Positions 20,944 to 31,397 of a stretch of DNA of 53,150 nt are shown here, piece after piece (the first letter of the stretch is position 1; each line of letters begins with the position of its first letter). The notes below the pieces were generated by a model that was not told the DNA's origin, made no database searches, and saw only the letters and a program-made list of their open reading frames with translations. Origin of the DNA: an uncultured virus (IMG/VR IMGVR_UViG_3300028586_000785) (lineage: Duplodnaviria; Heunggongvirae; Uroviricota; Caudoviricetes); the IMG/VR virus record IMGVR_UViG_3300028586_000785; one strand, written 5' to 3'. Made by a program: the position numbers and the translations under genes.

Positions 20944-21410
20944 AGGTACGGAAGGGCAATCTTTGCTGCATCCATCTTGGTCTCGACTGCTGCATCAGAA
21001 GAACGCATAGCGTATCCTCTCGAATCGCTCTGGTTGCTCGTACCATTACCAAGGTAGAGGCTGCCTCCAACTCGACCATCTACGTTTGAAACGAGACCAG
21101 AAACTACTTCAGCCGAAACCTGAACCTCATCAAAGGCGACGAACTTGGTACCGTTCTTCTCAACGGCATAGATGTTCTTACTTACCTCTGTGACGGTCGC
21201 ATCGGAGAAGTCGTTGCTGTTGATCGACAAGCGAGCAAGAAGGTCTCGTACAGCTTCCTTTGCCCTCTGCTCAGGTGCCGTCTGCTGAGGGCGAGAAGTA
21301 GGGAATGGAATTGGTCGAGCGAAGGGCTTTGGTGCCTCGCCAACCTTCTTATTGACCGTGGTGTGCTTGCCGTTCTTATCGACAATGGGGGTAGAAACAA
21401 CTGTTGACAT
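20940..21410 (-). CDS. hypothetical protein with N-terminal IVDKNG motif
   Basis: STPIVDKNGKHTTVNKK. Confidence 0.7.
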   Translation of the reverse strand: MSTVVSTPIVDKNGKHTTVNKKVGEAPKPFARPIPFPTSRPQQTAPEQRAKEAVRDLLARLSINSNDFSDATVTEVSKNIYAVEKNGTKFVAFDEVQVSAEVVSGLVSNVDGRVGGSLYLGNGTSNQSDSRGYAMRSSDAAVETKMDAAKIALPYL

Positions 21411-21511
21411 GAGGTGCCTTTCGTTCTGTCAAACCATTAGATGAACAGTATAGACACACAAGACGCAAAAGAGAAAGGGGCTGGATTTCTCCAACCCCTT
21501 TCCCAGGTGAT

Positions 21512-22048
21512 TCATGCCTCTACGAGACGAGGTGCCGGTGCGACGTAACCCAAGCTCTCGATGTTGGCTCCCGTAGCAGCCATAGCGAGAAGAAGGGTGT
21601 CAGTGCGGTAGACCGGCTTAGGCTCGAAGAGCAAGGTCATTCCAGCCTCCTCAGGGGTGCGGTCTGCCTTGAAGTTGTTGCACTTGAAGCACGCGGTGAT
21701 GGTGTTCATCCACGTGTACTTTCCTCCACGAGACTGAGGGACGATGTGATCAACCGTGTTACCCCACTTGCCGCAGTAGCCGCAGGTGTAGAGGTCACGG
21801 TCGAGCATCTTGGTACGAGACCAGTTCATCTCGTTGCTGTGTGCAGGGACAGGAACGATATCCTTGAACCGAACCACACGAGGAACACTAACCTTCTGGT
21901 CTCCACCAGCCGAACGGAAGAGGTCGCCATCTGCTTCTTCGATGATGTCTACACGGTTAGAAACGACGTATCCGACTGCACGACGGATGGACACGACACC
22001 GAGCGGCTCGTTGTCCTTGTTCAAAACAATTACTCCACGCATGACCAT
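21512..22048 (-). CDS. HNH endonuclease
   Basis: RDLYTCGYCG...TVDHIVPQSRGG...N.ITACFKCN..K. Confidence 0.9.
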   Translation of the reverse strand: MVMRGVIVLNKDNEPLGVVSIRRAVGYVVSNRVDIIEEADGDLFRSAGGDQKVSVPRVVRFKDIVPVPAHSNEMNWSRTKMLDRDLYTCGYCGKWGNTVDHIVPQSRGGKYTWMNTITACFKCNNFKADRTPEEAGMTLLFEPKPVYRTDTLLLAMAATGANIESLGYVAPAPRLVEA

Positions 22049-22272
22049 CCCTCCTTTCGTTTTATGGCTGGCAATTAGTGACTCAACTGCAATACTATTG
22101 CACGATTATCTGCTTGTCAAGTTGTTAAATGAAAATGGCTACGCTCATCACGCAGCCGAATGAGCACATGTGGTTCGTCGCTCTCTCATGTCTCAATTAT
22201 AGGGCGAGGTGGAGACATTGACACTGGCAATCTGATAGTCACCATGCTACTATCTGCGCCTAAGGAGCACGA

Positions 22273-23013
22273 GTGAATAACGAACAAATCTCGCTAGAAG
22301 TAGTCAAGCGAACCGACCCAAGATACCAAGAGATCAGGAATCGCCATTACGTCGAGAACAACGGTACTCACGGTCAGCAGCTTCACTTCATCATTCACTA
22401 TAACGGCTCTGTCGTTGGCATCATTTCTGGAGCATCTTCTGTCTATGGTGTTGGGGCGCGAGATGAGTTCTTCAAGATCCCCAAGGACCAGAAACTAAAA
22501 CAGAGCCTCTACCTACCTGCAATCATCAACAACACGGTGTTTCGCCTAGAATTTCACGAGAAGAACTTGGCTACTCAGGTTCTCTCTCTGTGGCGTAAGG
22601 TATGCGCTCAGCTTTGGGAAGACATCTACGGTGTCAAAGTGCTGGGCTTTGAGACATTCGTTGTGGAAAACGACACTCGCAAGGGTGCTCTTTACAAGGC
22701 TGATAACTGGGACTACCTAGGTGAGACAAAGGGCAATACCAAAGCTCACACTAAGGGTGGGCTGACCGCGCAACACACAAGGTCCGAGACTGACAAGAAG
22801 CTCATCTATGCCAAGTGGGCAACTAAGCGACCCGCTACCCCAAAGATCCCATATGTGTCGTCTTGGCGACAGTCCACACCAGAGGAAAAAGCGCGAGCCA
22901 AGAACATCGTGGAATACAAGCGACGACTAGAAGGGTTGCACATCTCTGGCATCAGTGATGTGCCGTTGAAAGAGGGCGTGGCACCAAAAGAGTTTTTCGA
23001 TCTGTTCGCTTGA
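22273..23013 (+). CDS. DruA/DUF4338-like (Mom-related) protein
   Basis: RHY, RDEFF, IINNTVFRL, NLATQVL, ETFV, GALYKADNWDYLGETKG motifs. Confidence 0.65.
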   Translation: MNNEQISLEVVKRTDPRYQEIRNRHYVENNGTHGQQLHFIIHYNGSVVGIISGASSVYGVGARDEFFKIPKDQKLKQSLYLPAIINNTVFRLEFHEKNLATQVLSLWRKVCAQLWEDIYGVKVLGFETFVVENDTRKGALYKADNWDYLGETKGNTKAHTKGGLTAQHTRSETDKKLIYAKWATKRPATPKIPYVSSWRQSTPEEKARAKNIVEYKRRLEGLHISGISDVPLKEGVAPKEFFDLFA

Positions 23014-23032
23014 CAAATGGTACCCTTCTCAA

Positions 23033-23659
23033 ATGAGTGAGGGTATTGACAGAGATAGGCTCAACAGGCTAGAAGCGCTGTTGCACAGACTAGGTTCTGC
23101 TGACCCTGCTGCTCACATCAAAGCAATCACGGTGACCAACCCAACCGCATCGAAGCCATACCACAATGATCAGCACTGCATCACTGTTGCTTTACGCGCT
23201 GCTGAAGGCGCTGCGGACTTCGGTTTCGTTCAATCCGATCAGCTAGCCATCACTCTCGCTGGTTTGTACCATGACTACAATCACACGTCACCTGATGACA
23301 ACATCAGTCGCCCCTTAGCTGTCGAAGGTGGTCTTATGCACACCGGGCTGATCGAGAAAGAGCGCCATCCTGGTTTCACATTGTCAGTTGGTGAAATGAT
23401 CTTCGAAGCGCGTCATGCCAAACGCCGTAAGTCGCCCAATAGGTACGGTTCGCGTTTTGTCTACGATGCTGACCATATGCAGATTCTAGAACCAGACTTC
23501 GACAAGTTCCTAGATGGACTCAATCAAGAGACCGGTAGGAAGCTCACACGAGAGTCATATCTAGCTGACCTACGCAAGCGTAAACTGTTTACGAGATGGT
23601 CCAAAGAATACACACTGGTCCGCATTCTCGACCCAGCGAGATTTGGTCTTACGGACTAA
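23033..23659 (+). CDS. HD-domain phosphohydrolase
   Basis: PYHN..H, AGLYHDYNH, DAD motifs. Confidence 0.75.
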   Translation: MSEGIDRDRLNRLEALLHRLGSADPAAHIKAITVTNPTASKPYHNDQHCITVALRAAEGAADFGFVQSDQLAITLAGLYHDYNHTSPDDNISRPLAVEGGLMHTGLIEKERHPGFTLSVGEMIFEARHAKRRKSPNRYGSRFVYDADHMQILEPDFDKFLDGLNQETGRKLTRESYLADLRKRKLFTRWSKEYTLVRILDPARFGLTD

Positions 23660-24320
23660 CGAGGATTCCGAATTGCGAACGGAGTGTGTCTGACGCTTCG
23701 AACATAGCTTCTTTGCTGGCGCAACTCGTACTGACAACGATTCCTTTATCTACCGAAGACAGTGCGCGAGCATATGTCCACGTATAAGCCCCACCGTTCT
23801 GAGTTCCTACACCAAGCACTTGTACTGTGGAGTCTAGGTTATACGTCAACTCAGCAACGCGAGCAGTTGAGACGGGAATATCTTGATTTAGCTCTTGACC
23901 CAACAAGGCAAGAGAGGCATCCTTATCCGCCAAATCTGACGGGTAATCTTTCAATGAGGCATCGATGGAGCAGTTTAGGGGAGTGTAGCTGTAGCTAGTC
24001 ACATCTCCCGCTTCCTCTATCAAAGACCAACCGCTTTCGAAGGGCTTCATCTCTGAAAGTTTGGCTGAAGCGGGAACATTAGATCCTTCGTCAAAAGTCA
24101 GCATGTTTGGCAGAACACCACCTGAGGTTACTGTACCTGGATCATCAGGAGTCTCAACAGCAATAGGCTCGCTAACCTCGTCCTCGCTGCTCGCAATCAC
24201 AAGGCTGTAAGGTATAGCAAACGTTGCCGCAATGAGGGAGATAGATGTCAGTATCTTGATGAAGAACGAGGGTTGGTAGATCCTTCGAGATCTTCTCGAT
24301 TCATCAGGCACAAAGGACAT
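23649..24320 (-). CDS. membrane-anchored secreted protein
   Basis: N-terminal TM segment, acidic extracellular domain. Confidence 0.6.
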   Translation of the reverse strand: MSFVPDESRRSRRIYQPSFFIKILTSISLIAATFAIPYSLVIASSEDEVSEPIAVETPDDPGTVTSGGVLPNMLTFDEGSNVPASAKLSEMKPFESGWSLIEEAGDVTSYSYTPLNCSIDASLKDYPSDLADKDASLALLGQELNQDIPVSTARVAELTYNLDSTVQVLGVGTQNGGAYTWTYARALSSVDKGIVVSTSCASKEAMFEASDTLRSQFGILVSP

Positions 24321-24373
24321 TCTTACTCATCTTCACTAGCGGGGAACACTGATAATAGCAGGGTTCCAAAACA

Positions 24374-25324
24374 CTAACTGATGCTTTCAGCGTAGCTGGC
24401 GTATTCCTCGGACACATCATCTGCAATACTCTGCGCGATGCTCTTGACTGTATCGACATCCTGGTTGAAGGACTGTGCAAGTCGAGCATTTCGGGCAAGC
24501 CTATCAGCACCCTCATTGAGTGGATGACCACTATGACCCTTTACCCATCGAAGCTCGACGTTCTTTCTACGCTTCAGTAGGTTATGGATATCCTCTGCAA
24601 GTCGCTCCGCTCTCTTACTAACCAATCTACTATCTGGCATTGACTTAGGGTCGCGCGCCATTTTGATAGCAAGTCTGTTGTCTACGAGGATTCGTATGTC
24701 CTGCTTATGCTCGATATTGGTCAGCATCTCTTGAATTGCTATCAGTTCACACACGAGAGAGCTTTCGCCCGTCTTGACTGCACCATAGCCAAAGCTACCA
24801 TCTGACGCTATCCATCCATAAGAGCCGCCTGCATAGAACCTATTGAGGCTTCCATCAGTGCCAACATATGTAACCTTGTCGGCAACATACTTGTCGGTGC
24901 CACTGCTACCATCCTGATTCTGCTCGTCTTGCCACCTTTCAGCAATCTTCTCGCCGCGCCATTTTGCAACAGCTTCGGTGACGACAACCCCGCCCGGGCT
25001 GGACTTACTTAGCTCGGACTGTAAGAGGAATCTTACGTTGCCGAACTCGACACCAATAGCGAGGATGTTCTTTCTGGGCGCACCAGGGTATACGAGAGCC
25101 TCGATAGATGCATTGGGGTACTCGCTAGCGACCTTCATACAGATATCCACCACCTGTGTAGATATGTCGCCACTAGAGCTTTCGCTAAAGGCGAACTCCT
25201 TCTCGGTCATCGAGAAATCATCCTGACCGTTATCTAGTGCTGAGACAAGGTAGCAGATTCCACCTGAGGTGGCTGAGTCGAAATGTATCTGAATTAGGGC
25301 ATAGTCACTCTGTTTGGCATTCAT
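24374..25324 (-). CDS. RNase HI-domain protein with N-terminal extension
   Basis: YVGTDGS, CELIAI, LVDN, WVKGHSGHPLNEGADRLAR. Confidence 0.85.
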   Translation of the reverse strand: MNAKQSDYALIQIHFDSATSGGICYLVSALDNGQDDFSMTEKEFAFSESSSGDISTQVVDICMKVASEYPNASIEALVYPGAPRKNILAIGVEFGNVRFLLQSELSKSSPGGVVVTEAVAKWRGEKIAERWQDEQNQDGSSGTDKYVADKVTYVGTDGSLNRFYAGGSYGWIASDGSFGYGAVKTGESSLVCELIAIQEMLTNIEHKQDIRILVDNRLAIKMARDPKSMPDSRLVSKRAERLAEDIHNLLKRRKNVELRWVKGHSGHPLNEGADRLARNARLAQSFNQDVDTVKSIAQSIADDVSEEYASYAESIS

Positions 25325-25391
25325 CTCTCATAATCTTGTCCCAAGCACCTTGCTTGATCACAGACCAATCTAGCAGACAAATCAGTCTAGG

Positions 25392-26684
25392 TCAAGATGA
25401 CAGATCGTCATTCCAGATCTTTCTAGCAGCAGTTAGTTGAGATGCACTACAAGTGTAGCCATATGTCGTGAAAGTCACTCCGCTGATGTCTTGTGCCATG
25501 CAGTCGGCAACATACTCAGCGTCATCACCGAAAGCTTCCTTTACGACCGGATCTGCGAGCACTCGGTAGTAACCCTCTCGGAAGTGGACAGTATGTCCAT
25601 ATTCGTGAGCAATGGTCTGCAACAGCATGTAGTCCTCATAGTACGATCTGTCCAGAATGGTTGGTGAGATGTACATTACTGTGGGGTCATCACTGCTGAC
25701 ACAGCCAGCGGCATTGCTTCGGTCACAAGGATTCTCTTGGTAGATGATTCCAATATCTTGACCACCCAAGGTATCGAGCATGTTCCTTACGTCATCTTCT
25801 CTGGTCGCACCAGAATGGAATTCTTCGGCACCAAGCTTTCTCTTTATCTCCGCTGAGGCTGTGTTCACGTCGGCGGCATTGACACTTATGCGTAGAGTCT
25901 CAGCAGCAACAACAAGAGCCTTTTCGGACTCACCTAGTAGTTCGGGAGTTGCGGTAGTATCAGCGACTAGGGTCTGTGCATCTGTAATCTTTTGCTGCAA
26001 GTCAGTAGCGTCAGCCTTACCCTCGGCGGACGCAGATATCTGTTGAGCAGTCCATACAGCCGTTGAGAGTTCTTCGGATGTCGAACCAGACTTGCTGTCT
26101 CCGGTACTCACCTTGGGAACAAAACCGCCTGTACTGTCGGCAATGGTGTTATTGACCTGTGCATATACGGGAATACCAGCAAAGACACCTGCAATCAGAG
26201 CCAAGATAACCGTCAAAGTGATTATCGGGTTCTTCTTCTTGATTGCTGAGTAGGCGATTGTCGATGGAATAGCTAGATCGCTTACCTCTGGTGTGTAATC
26301 ACGCGGGGCTGCCGGGGTAGCAGGATTCTGCCTGATGGGTCTGAATATAGGGCTGTCTTCAGCCAATGGCTCCTGAACACGTCTGATTTGCGGTGAGTGA
26401 CCTACCGGTTGCTCTTTGACAGGAACACCGAAGTCATGCCTCGCTTCGGTGTCATGAATCATGGGAACAAGCTTTGGCTTAGGTGGCACAAAGTAACCCT
26501 GCTGAGGCGTGATGAACGAAGGTGGCGGGTCGTTTCGAACTGGTTGGACCGGCTCATCGCCTAGCTCTGCGCGCTGTATTGCATCAAAGTACCTAATCCT
26601 CTCTTCTTGAGAGAGTTCATCAAACCTTTTGGCGGGCTTGTTTACGCCATCACTATTGCCAAACTCGGCAGGTCTATCACTCAA
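25392..26684 (-). CDS. membrane protein with C-terminal zinc-metallopeptidase-like domain
   Basis: TM helix; AHEYGH (HExxH) and E.VADC. Confidence 0.6.
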   Translation of the reverse strand: MSDRPAEFGNSDGVNKPAKRFDELSQEERIRYFDAIQRAELGDEPVQPVRNDPPPSFITPQQGYFVPPKPKLVPMIHDTEARHDFGVPVKEQPVGHSPQIRRVQEPLAEDSPIFRPIRQNPATPAAPRDYTPEVSDLAIPSTIAYSAIKKKNPIITLTVILALIAGVFAGIPVYAQVNNTIADSTGGFVPKVSTGDSKSGSTSEELSTAVWTAQQISASAEGKADATDLQQKITDAQTLVADTTATPELLGESEKALVVAAETLRISVNAADVNTASAEIKRKLGAEEFHSGATREDDVRNMLDTLGGQDIGIIYQENPCDRSNAAGCVSSDDPTVMYISPTILDRSYYEDYMLLQTIAHEYGHTVHFREGYYRVLADPVVKEAFGDDAEYVADCMAQDISGVTFTTYGYTCSASQLTAARKIWNDDLSS

Positions 26685-26688
26685 CTAC

Positions 26689-27150
26689 TTACCAGTCCTG
26701 CGTCGTTCCATCGGTATCGTTGTAACACGTGTCACCCTCACAACGAAGGTATGGCACACCGTCAAATGGAGGATTATCCTCGAACTTGATGGTCCACCCG
26801 TAGGTGCCGAAGTCAGAGTTGCACTTGGTCTCCTGATCGTAAACCTTGAAGGCAACCTTAGTCGCTTCTGTATCCGCTTTGGCAGCGATAGGTGTCTGCT
26901 TACAGTCACTGCTACCACTCGTGATAAAGGTGATCGTATCGCCCTCTAACGTGGGCGAGAACTCTTGGAAGGTGGTACTGAGATTCTCAATTACCTTATC
27001 CGTCTGCTCTTCAGTAAGCTCCGTGATAACCACGTTATCGCCATCTGTACTAGGCACAAGTGTGCCATCGCCACCGTTGCTACTTGAGCAGCCGGAAAGC
27101 ACACCACCAATCGTTAGTGCCAGGATTCCAATAGCAATGAGCTTCTTCAT
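26689..27150 (-). CDS. lipoprotein
   Basis: Signal peptide with lipobox LSGC. Confidence 0.7.
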   Translation of the reverse strand: MKKLIAIGILALTIGGVLSGCSSSNGGDGTLVPSTDGDNVVITELTEEQTDKVIENLSTTFQEFSPTLEGDTITFITSGSSDCKQTPIAAKADTEATKVAFKVYDQETKCNSDFGTYGWTIKFEDNPPFDGVPYLRCEGDTCYNDTDGTTQDW

Positions 27151-27152
27151 GG

Positions 27153-27797
27153 TCAGTTTCTTCCAGTCGATCCAATTCCGTTGACACCACGGTCTGATTC
27201 CGCAAGGTCAGCTACCTCAACGAAAAGCGGGTAGTCGTGCTCCTGAATTACTAGCTGAGCAATGCGATCCCCAACAGAGACTGCGTAGTCTTCATTCGTG
27301 GTGTTGTAAAGGATGACCTTCACCTCTCCCCGATATCCGGAATCGATGGTGCCAGGAGTGTTGAGAACAGTGATTCCCTGCTTAGCAGCTAGTCCAGAGC
27401 GCGGGTGAACGAGACCAACTCGACCCAATGGAATCTCAATTGCGATACCCGTTCCAACCATCTTGCGCTCACCTGCCGGAATTACTACATCCTCGACAGA
27501 GATCAAGTCAGCGCCCGCATCGGTCGCATGAGCAAAGTGAGGGATTACTGCGTTTTCATTCAGTCGCGTGACACGAATGTTGGCAGTGTGCATCTTGCCA
27601 GGTACGAACAGTTCTCCCTCAACGAGTCCATCCTCGACGAGTCGCTTTGCCGCAATCTTACTGAGCTTTGCTGCATCCTTGACACCAGCTTCGGCAAGCA
27701 CCGCTGAAATCCTATTCCAGACAAGCAAGGCGTGCTTACCGGTGATATGGGTTTCTACCTCGGGAACCTGGGGCTGGACATTCTGCACAATACTCAT
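27153..27797 (-). CDS. dut: dUTPase with N-terminal extension
   Basis: DAGADL, PRSGLA, GTIDSGYRGE, RIAQL, RG.NG.GSTG. Confidence 0.95.
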   Translation of the reverse strand: MSIVQNVQPQVPEVETHITGKHALLVWNRISAVLAEAGVKDAAKLSKIAAKRLVEDGLVEGELFVPGKMHTANIRVTRLNENAVIPHFAHATDAGADLISVEDVVIPAGERKMVGTGIAIEIPLGRVGLVHPRSGLAAKQGITVLNTPGTIDSGYRGEVKVILYNTTNEDYAVSVGDRIAQLVIQEHDYPLFVEVADLAESDRGVNGIGSTGRN

Positions 27798-27899
27798 TAC
27801 GAGCCTCTCGTTTTTGACTACCCAGAGGTTAGCATCCCCGGTCTCTGTGTGGGGATTAAATAGAAAGAAGGGGCGCACTGCGCCCCTTCTTCCCGGCTA

Positions 27900-28490
27900 C
27901 TAGAAGTCGATTGACTTGGTACGAACCTTCTCTAGCTGATTTTCTGCTTCGTCGTTACTAGCGTAGGTGGTAACGATAGCCGGTTCGCCAGTATAAGAAC
28001 CTACATCGTTGGTTTTGAACGAGACTAGTCGATTGTCAATGTCATCTCCGTCGCCAGCAATGTAGCTAATCCTGAAGCCCCCAGGAATTCTTTCTGCAAC
28101 CGGATCGGTAGCAATGCCAGCCATGTATAGCTCAACCGGGGTTACAGTAGCTACTAAGCCGCCCTCGCCTTGCTCTTTGAAGTAGATGAGTCCACCCTCT
28201 TCATATCCAGCATTGATTGTTCCATTACTGTTGTAGCTCCCGACATATCCTTCCGAGATGAGGTCTCTTTCACGGTACGAAATATGCGGCTTTACACCCT
28301 CTCCGATACTTACTTCTTCAACCGAAGAGGCGGTTGAAAATGCGGTCGCACCTGAACTAGGCGGCTTACTTACTGCACCTGTACGACCCTCATGCTGCGA
28401 AGTCTGCTTTCCCGGTGCTCTATAAACGGTACGAGTATGACCGTTTACGTCTACTGTTGTGCTCTGAATGAGATGTGATCTGTCTGACAT
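27900..28490 (-). CDS. hypothetical protein with N-terminal VDVNG motif (paralog of the next gene)
   Basis: TVDVNGHTRTVYRAP; shares NGTINA...AGIAT.P...YI.GD with 28514-29116. Confidence 0.7.
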   Translation of the reverse strand: MSDRSHLIQSTTVDVNGHTRTVYRAPGKQTSQHEGRTGAVSKPPSSGATAFSTASSVEEVSIGEGVKPHISYRERDLISEGYVGSYNSNGTINAGYEEGGLIYFKEQGEGGLVATVTPVELYMAGIATDPVAERIPGGFRISYIAGDGDDIDNRLVSFKTNDVGSYTGEPAIVTTYASNDEAENQLEKVRTKSIDF

Positions 28491-28513
28491 GATTACCTTA
28501 GGTAGTGGGTTGG

Positions 28514-29116
28514 TTATACGCTACGGAGTGCGTTTAGGGATTCTTCGGCGGCTAGGTTGCTTTCAAAGGTATTGAGTGTGCCTGGCTTGCCCGTATAGTC
28601 GCCAGCCTTATCGATGCTGAAAGTAACTGTGTGGTTATCGTTATCTTCTTCGTCTCCTACAATGTAGGTGATTTCGTACCCTTCTTCATTGGGCTTGATG
28701 ACAGGTGGGGTAGCAATGCCAGCATGGTAGTGGTCGTAAGGAACGGCAGTGAGGACTAATTTTTCATCCTTCGGATCTACAAAATACGTGATGCCATCAT
28801 CAGCTACGAGAGCGTTGATTGTTCCGTTATCGTTGGGTAGATTACCAGAATCCCACTCTTGATACATGTCGATGTAATCCTGAGCGTACTCGACGCGGTT
28901 CATCTCAGCCCATTTCGGATCGAAGCCATCTGTATCAAGCGGGAACTCCTGAGTGTGATCAGGTTCTATCTTGACTAGTCGTGAAGAAATTGGCGCACCG
29001 ATACCACCCGCACGATTTTCTTCCATAGGTACGGCGGAGTTAGGAGAACGGTAGACGGTCTTGGGGTGTCCATTGACATCGATGATAGTGTCTCGAATGA
29101 GGTGAGAACCAGGCAT
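28514..29116 (-). CDS. hypothetical protein with N-terminal IDVNG motif
   Basis: IIDVNGHPKTVYRSP. Confidence 0.7.
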   Translation of the reverse strand: MPGSHLIRDTIIDVNGHPKTVYRSPNSAVPMEENRAGGIGAPISSRLVKIEPDHTQEFPLDTDGFDPKWAEMNRVEYAQDYIDMYQEWDSGNLPNDNGTINALVADDGITYFVDPKDEKLVLTAVPYDHYHAGIATPPVIKPNEEGYEITYIVGDEEDNDNHTVTFSIDKAGDYTGKPGTLNTFESNLAAEESLNALRSV

Positions 29117-29210
29117 AGTGCTCCTTTGTTACCCATAGTCTACCGTTGGCTGGTGACAATCGTTAACGAAAGAAGGGGAGACCCCTTAGAATCTCCCCTT
29201 CTTGTGTACC

Positions 29211-30410
29211 TTAGCCCTTGACGCAGAGCACTGTTCTGAGGTGCTGGACAACCTCAACGAGGTCAGACTGCGAGTCCATGACGTGCTTCAAGTCTTTGTA
29301 TGCTGCCGGAATTTCGTCCACAACACCCTGGTCCTTGCGTGACTCTACACCCTGGGTCTGAGCAATCAGATCTTCGACTGTGTACTTACGCTTTGCAGCG
29401 CTTCTGCTCATCCTTCGACCAGCACCGTGAGATGCCGACTGGAACGAGGCATCGTTTCCTAGACCTCGAACTACGTATGAACCAGTACCCATCGAACCAG
29501 GGATTAGTGCCACATCACCTAGTCCAGCACGAATAGCACCCTTACGAGTCACTAGCATCTCTTCGCCATCGATGATCTCTTCCGCAACATAGTTGTGGTG
29601 AACGTTAATCTCTTCGTCAAAGGTTACGGTCTTCTTGTCACCGTAGTGCTTACGAAGCGCCTCTCTGAACAAAGCCATCATGATAGAACGAGAGCGTAGA
29701 GCGTACTCCTGTGCCCACATAAGGTCGTGGCGGTAAGCATCCATCTCAGGCGTACCAGAGATGAATACTGCTAGGTCACGATCAATGAGGTCAGAGTTGT
29801 GAGATAGCGTCTGCGCGATACCAATGTGACGCTCGGCAAGAGACTTACCGACGTTGCGAGACCCAGAGTGAAGAGTTAACCAAACGACACCATCTTCATC
29901 GACACAGAGTTCAATAAAGTGGTTTCCGCCGCCGAGTGTGCCCATCTGAGAGTGAGCGCGACCTTCGACAGAAGCAGCGTCCTTGTGAAGGTTCTTGAAG
30001 TCATCCCAGAAGATATCCCAACCCTTTTCAAGACCAAGCTGACGTACATTGACATCCCTATCGTGACCTCGGAACCCCACTGGAATGGAGTTCTCAATCG
30101 ATGCCCTCAACTGAGGAAGGCGCTCTAGATCCTCTTCACGCAAGCTGGTCCGAACAGCAACCACTCCGCAACCAATGTCTACACCAACAGCGTTGGGAGA
30201 TACAGCCTGCTTCATGGCGATTACCGAACCAACAGTAGCGCCCTTTCCTACGTGGACATCAGGCATGACGCGAACGCCGTGAACCCAAGGCATCGATGAG
30301 ATGTTGCGCAACTGCTTGAGGGCATCCTGCTCAACTTCCCACTCGTTTGCCCACATGTGTACTGGTGACTTTGTTCCCCGAAGCTCTACCGGGAATCCTA
30401 ACTCGTTCAT
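29211..30410 (-). CDS. rtcB: RNA ligase RtcB
   Basis: MPDVH.G, VGVDIGCG, GTLGGGNHFIE, HSGSR, HHNY, PGSMG, SHGAGR, DEIP.AYK. Confidence 0.97.
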   Translation of the reverse strand: MNELGFPVELRGTKSPVHMWANEWEVEQDALKQLRNISSMPWVHGVRVMPDVHVGKGATVGSVIAMKQAVSPNAVGVDIGCGVVAVRTSLREEDLERLPQLRASIENSIPVGFRGHDRDVNVRQLGLEKGWDIFWDDFKNLHKDAASVEGRAHSQMGTLGGGNHFIELCVDEDGVVWLTLHSGSRNVGKSLAERHIGIAQTLSHNSDLIDRDLAVFISGTPEMDAYRHDLMWAQEYALRSRSIMMALFREALRKHYGDKKTVTFDEEINVHHNYVAEEIIDGEEMLVTRKGAIRAGLGDVALIPGSMGTGSYVVRGLGNDASFQSASHGAGRRMSRSAAKRKYTVEDLIAQTQGVESRKDQGVVDEIPAAYKDLKHVMDSQSDLVEVVQHLRTVLCVKG

Positions 30411-30537
30411 TGCTTTCTCTTTCTATTGACTGACGCGGAATGGTGATAATGCCTAGCCATTCCATCTAGGCTAAGTGTGAGAAGAGCCTCCCTTATATCG
30501 ATAAGGGAGGCTCTTGGCATGTCACACTGTTGACTCA

Positions 30538-31035
30538 TTAGAGTGCGAACAGTGTTTCCATGTCATATCCAGTTGACGCGATCTCTCGCACCAAGACCTC
30601 CTGCTGGTAGACAGGTCTTGGCTGGAATCGAAGAGCCATGTTAGCTTCCTCGGGTGTCTTGTTGGACTTCTTACCGTTGCATGGCTGGCATGCAGAGATG
30701 AGGTTCATCCACGTGTTCTTACCTCCACGCGACTTAGGCTGGATGTGGTCAACTGTTCTAGCGTGCTTACCGCAGTAAGCACACGTGTAGTTGTCACGGA
30801 TCAAAACCTTCTTGAAGCGAGGCTGCATTTCACCGTTACGGTATGGCACCTTGACCATCTTGGTGAAACGAACAGCGATAGGGATGGGGAACTCACCGGA
30901 TGAAGTCTTCACCACAGCGCCTTCACGAGCACGGACGATTTCTACACGTCCCTTGAAAACATTGCTCATAGCCTTGTGGAGCGAAACGACACCAAGAGGC
31001 TCGTAACTTGCATTCAATACGATTACACCGGTCAT
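30538..31035 (-). CDS. HNH endonuclease at the distal end of the tRNA array
   Basis: RDNYTCAYCG...TVDHIQPKSRGG...NLISACQPCN; paralog of 21512-22048. Confidence 0.9.
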   Translation of the reverse strand: MTGVIVLNASYEPLGVVSLHKAMSNVFKGRVEIVRAREGAVVKTSSGEFPIPIAVRFTKMVKVPYRNGEMQPRFKKVLIRDNYTCAYCGKHARTVDHIQPKSRGGKNTWMNLISACQPCNGKKSNKTPEEANMALRFQPRPVYQQEVLVREIASTGYDMETLFAL

Positions 31036-31105
31036 GTTTCATCTCCTTATCTATGCTCGGCTGTGGCGCTTTAGAATTGTGACACTACATCGTGAATAAA
31101 GAAAG

Positions 31106-31182
31106 TGGTCGGAATGACAAGATTTGAACTTGCGACCCCCTGTCCCCCAGACAGGTGCGCTACCAAGCTGCGCCACATCCCG
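31106..31182 (-). tRNA. tRNA-Pro(GGG)
   Basis: Cloverleaf, encoded CCA. Confidence 0.95.
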
Positions 31183-31213
31183 TTAGCCCTTTTGACGATA
31201 AGGGCATCGTTAG

Positions 31214-31287
31214 GGTGATCGACGGGAGTTGAACCCGCAACCAACAGGTTCACGACCTGCCGCTCTGCCAGTTGAGCTACGAAAACC
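31214..31287 (-). tRNA. tRNA-His(GTG), degenerate
   Basis: G-1:C73 pair; two acceptor mismatches; C33 instead of U33. Confidence 0.65.
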
Positions 31288-31397
31288 ATACGCCAGGAAG
31301 CCTGGCTCTTGCTGTGTGAGTTTGTATTAGCCACTCACAGGCTCTGTGCGCCTGTCTCAGCGCCTAACATGTAGATGCTGAAATGAGCCACAGAGAT

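Noticed and set aside
21435..21464. GTC-N12-TANNNT element upstream of the 21410 tag gene
   Set aside because: Only an 11-nt-spaced variant (GTC...TACTGT) is present, so it was not counted.
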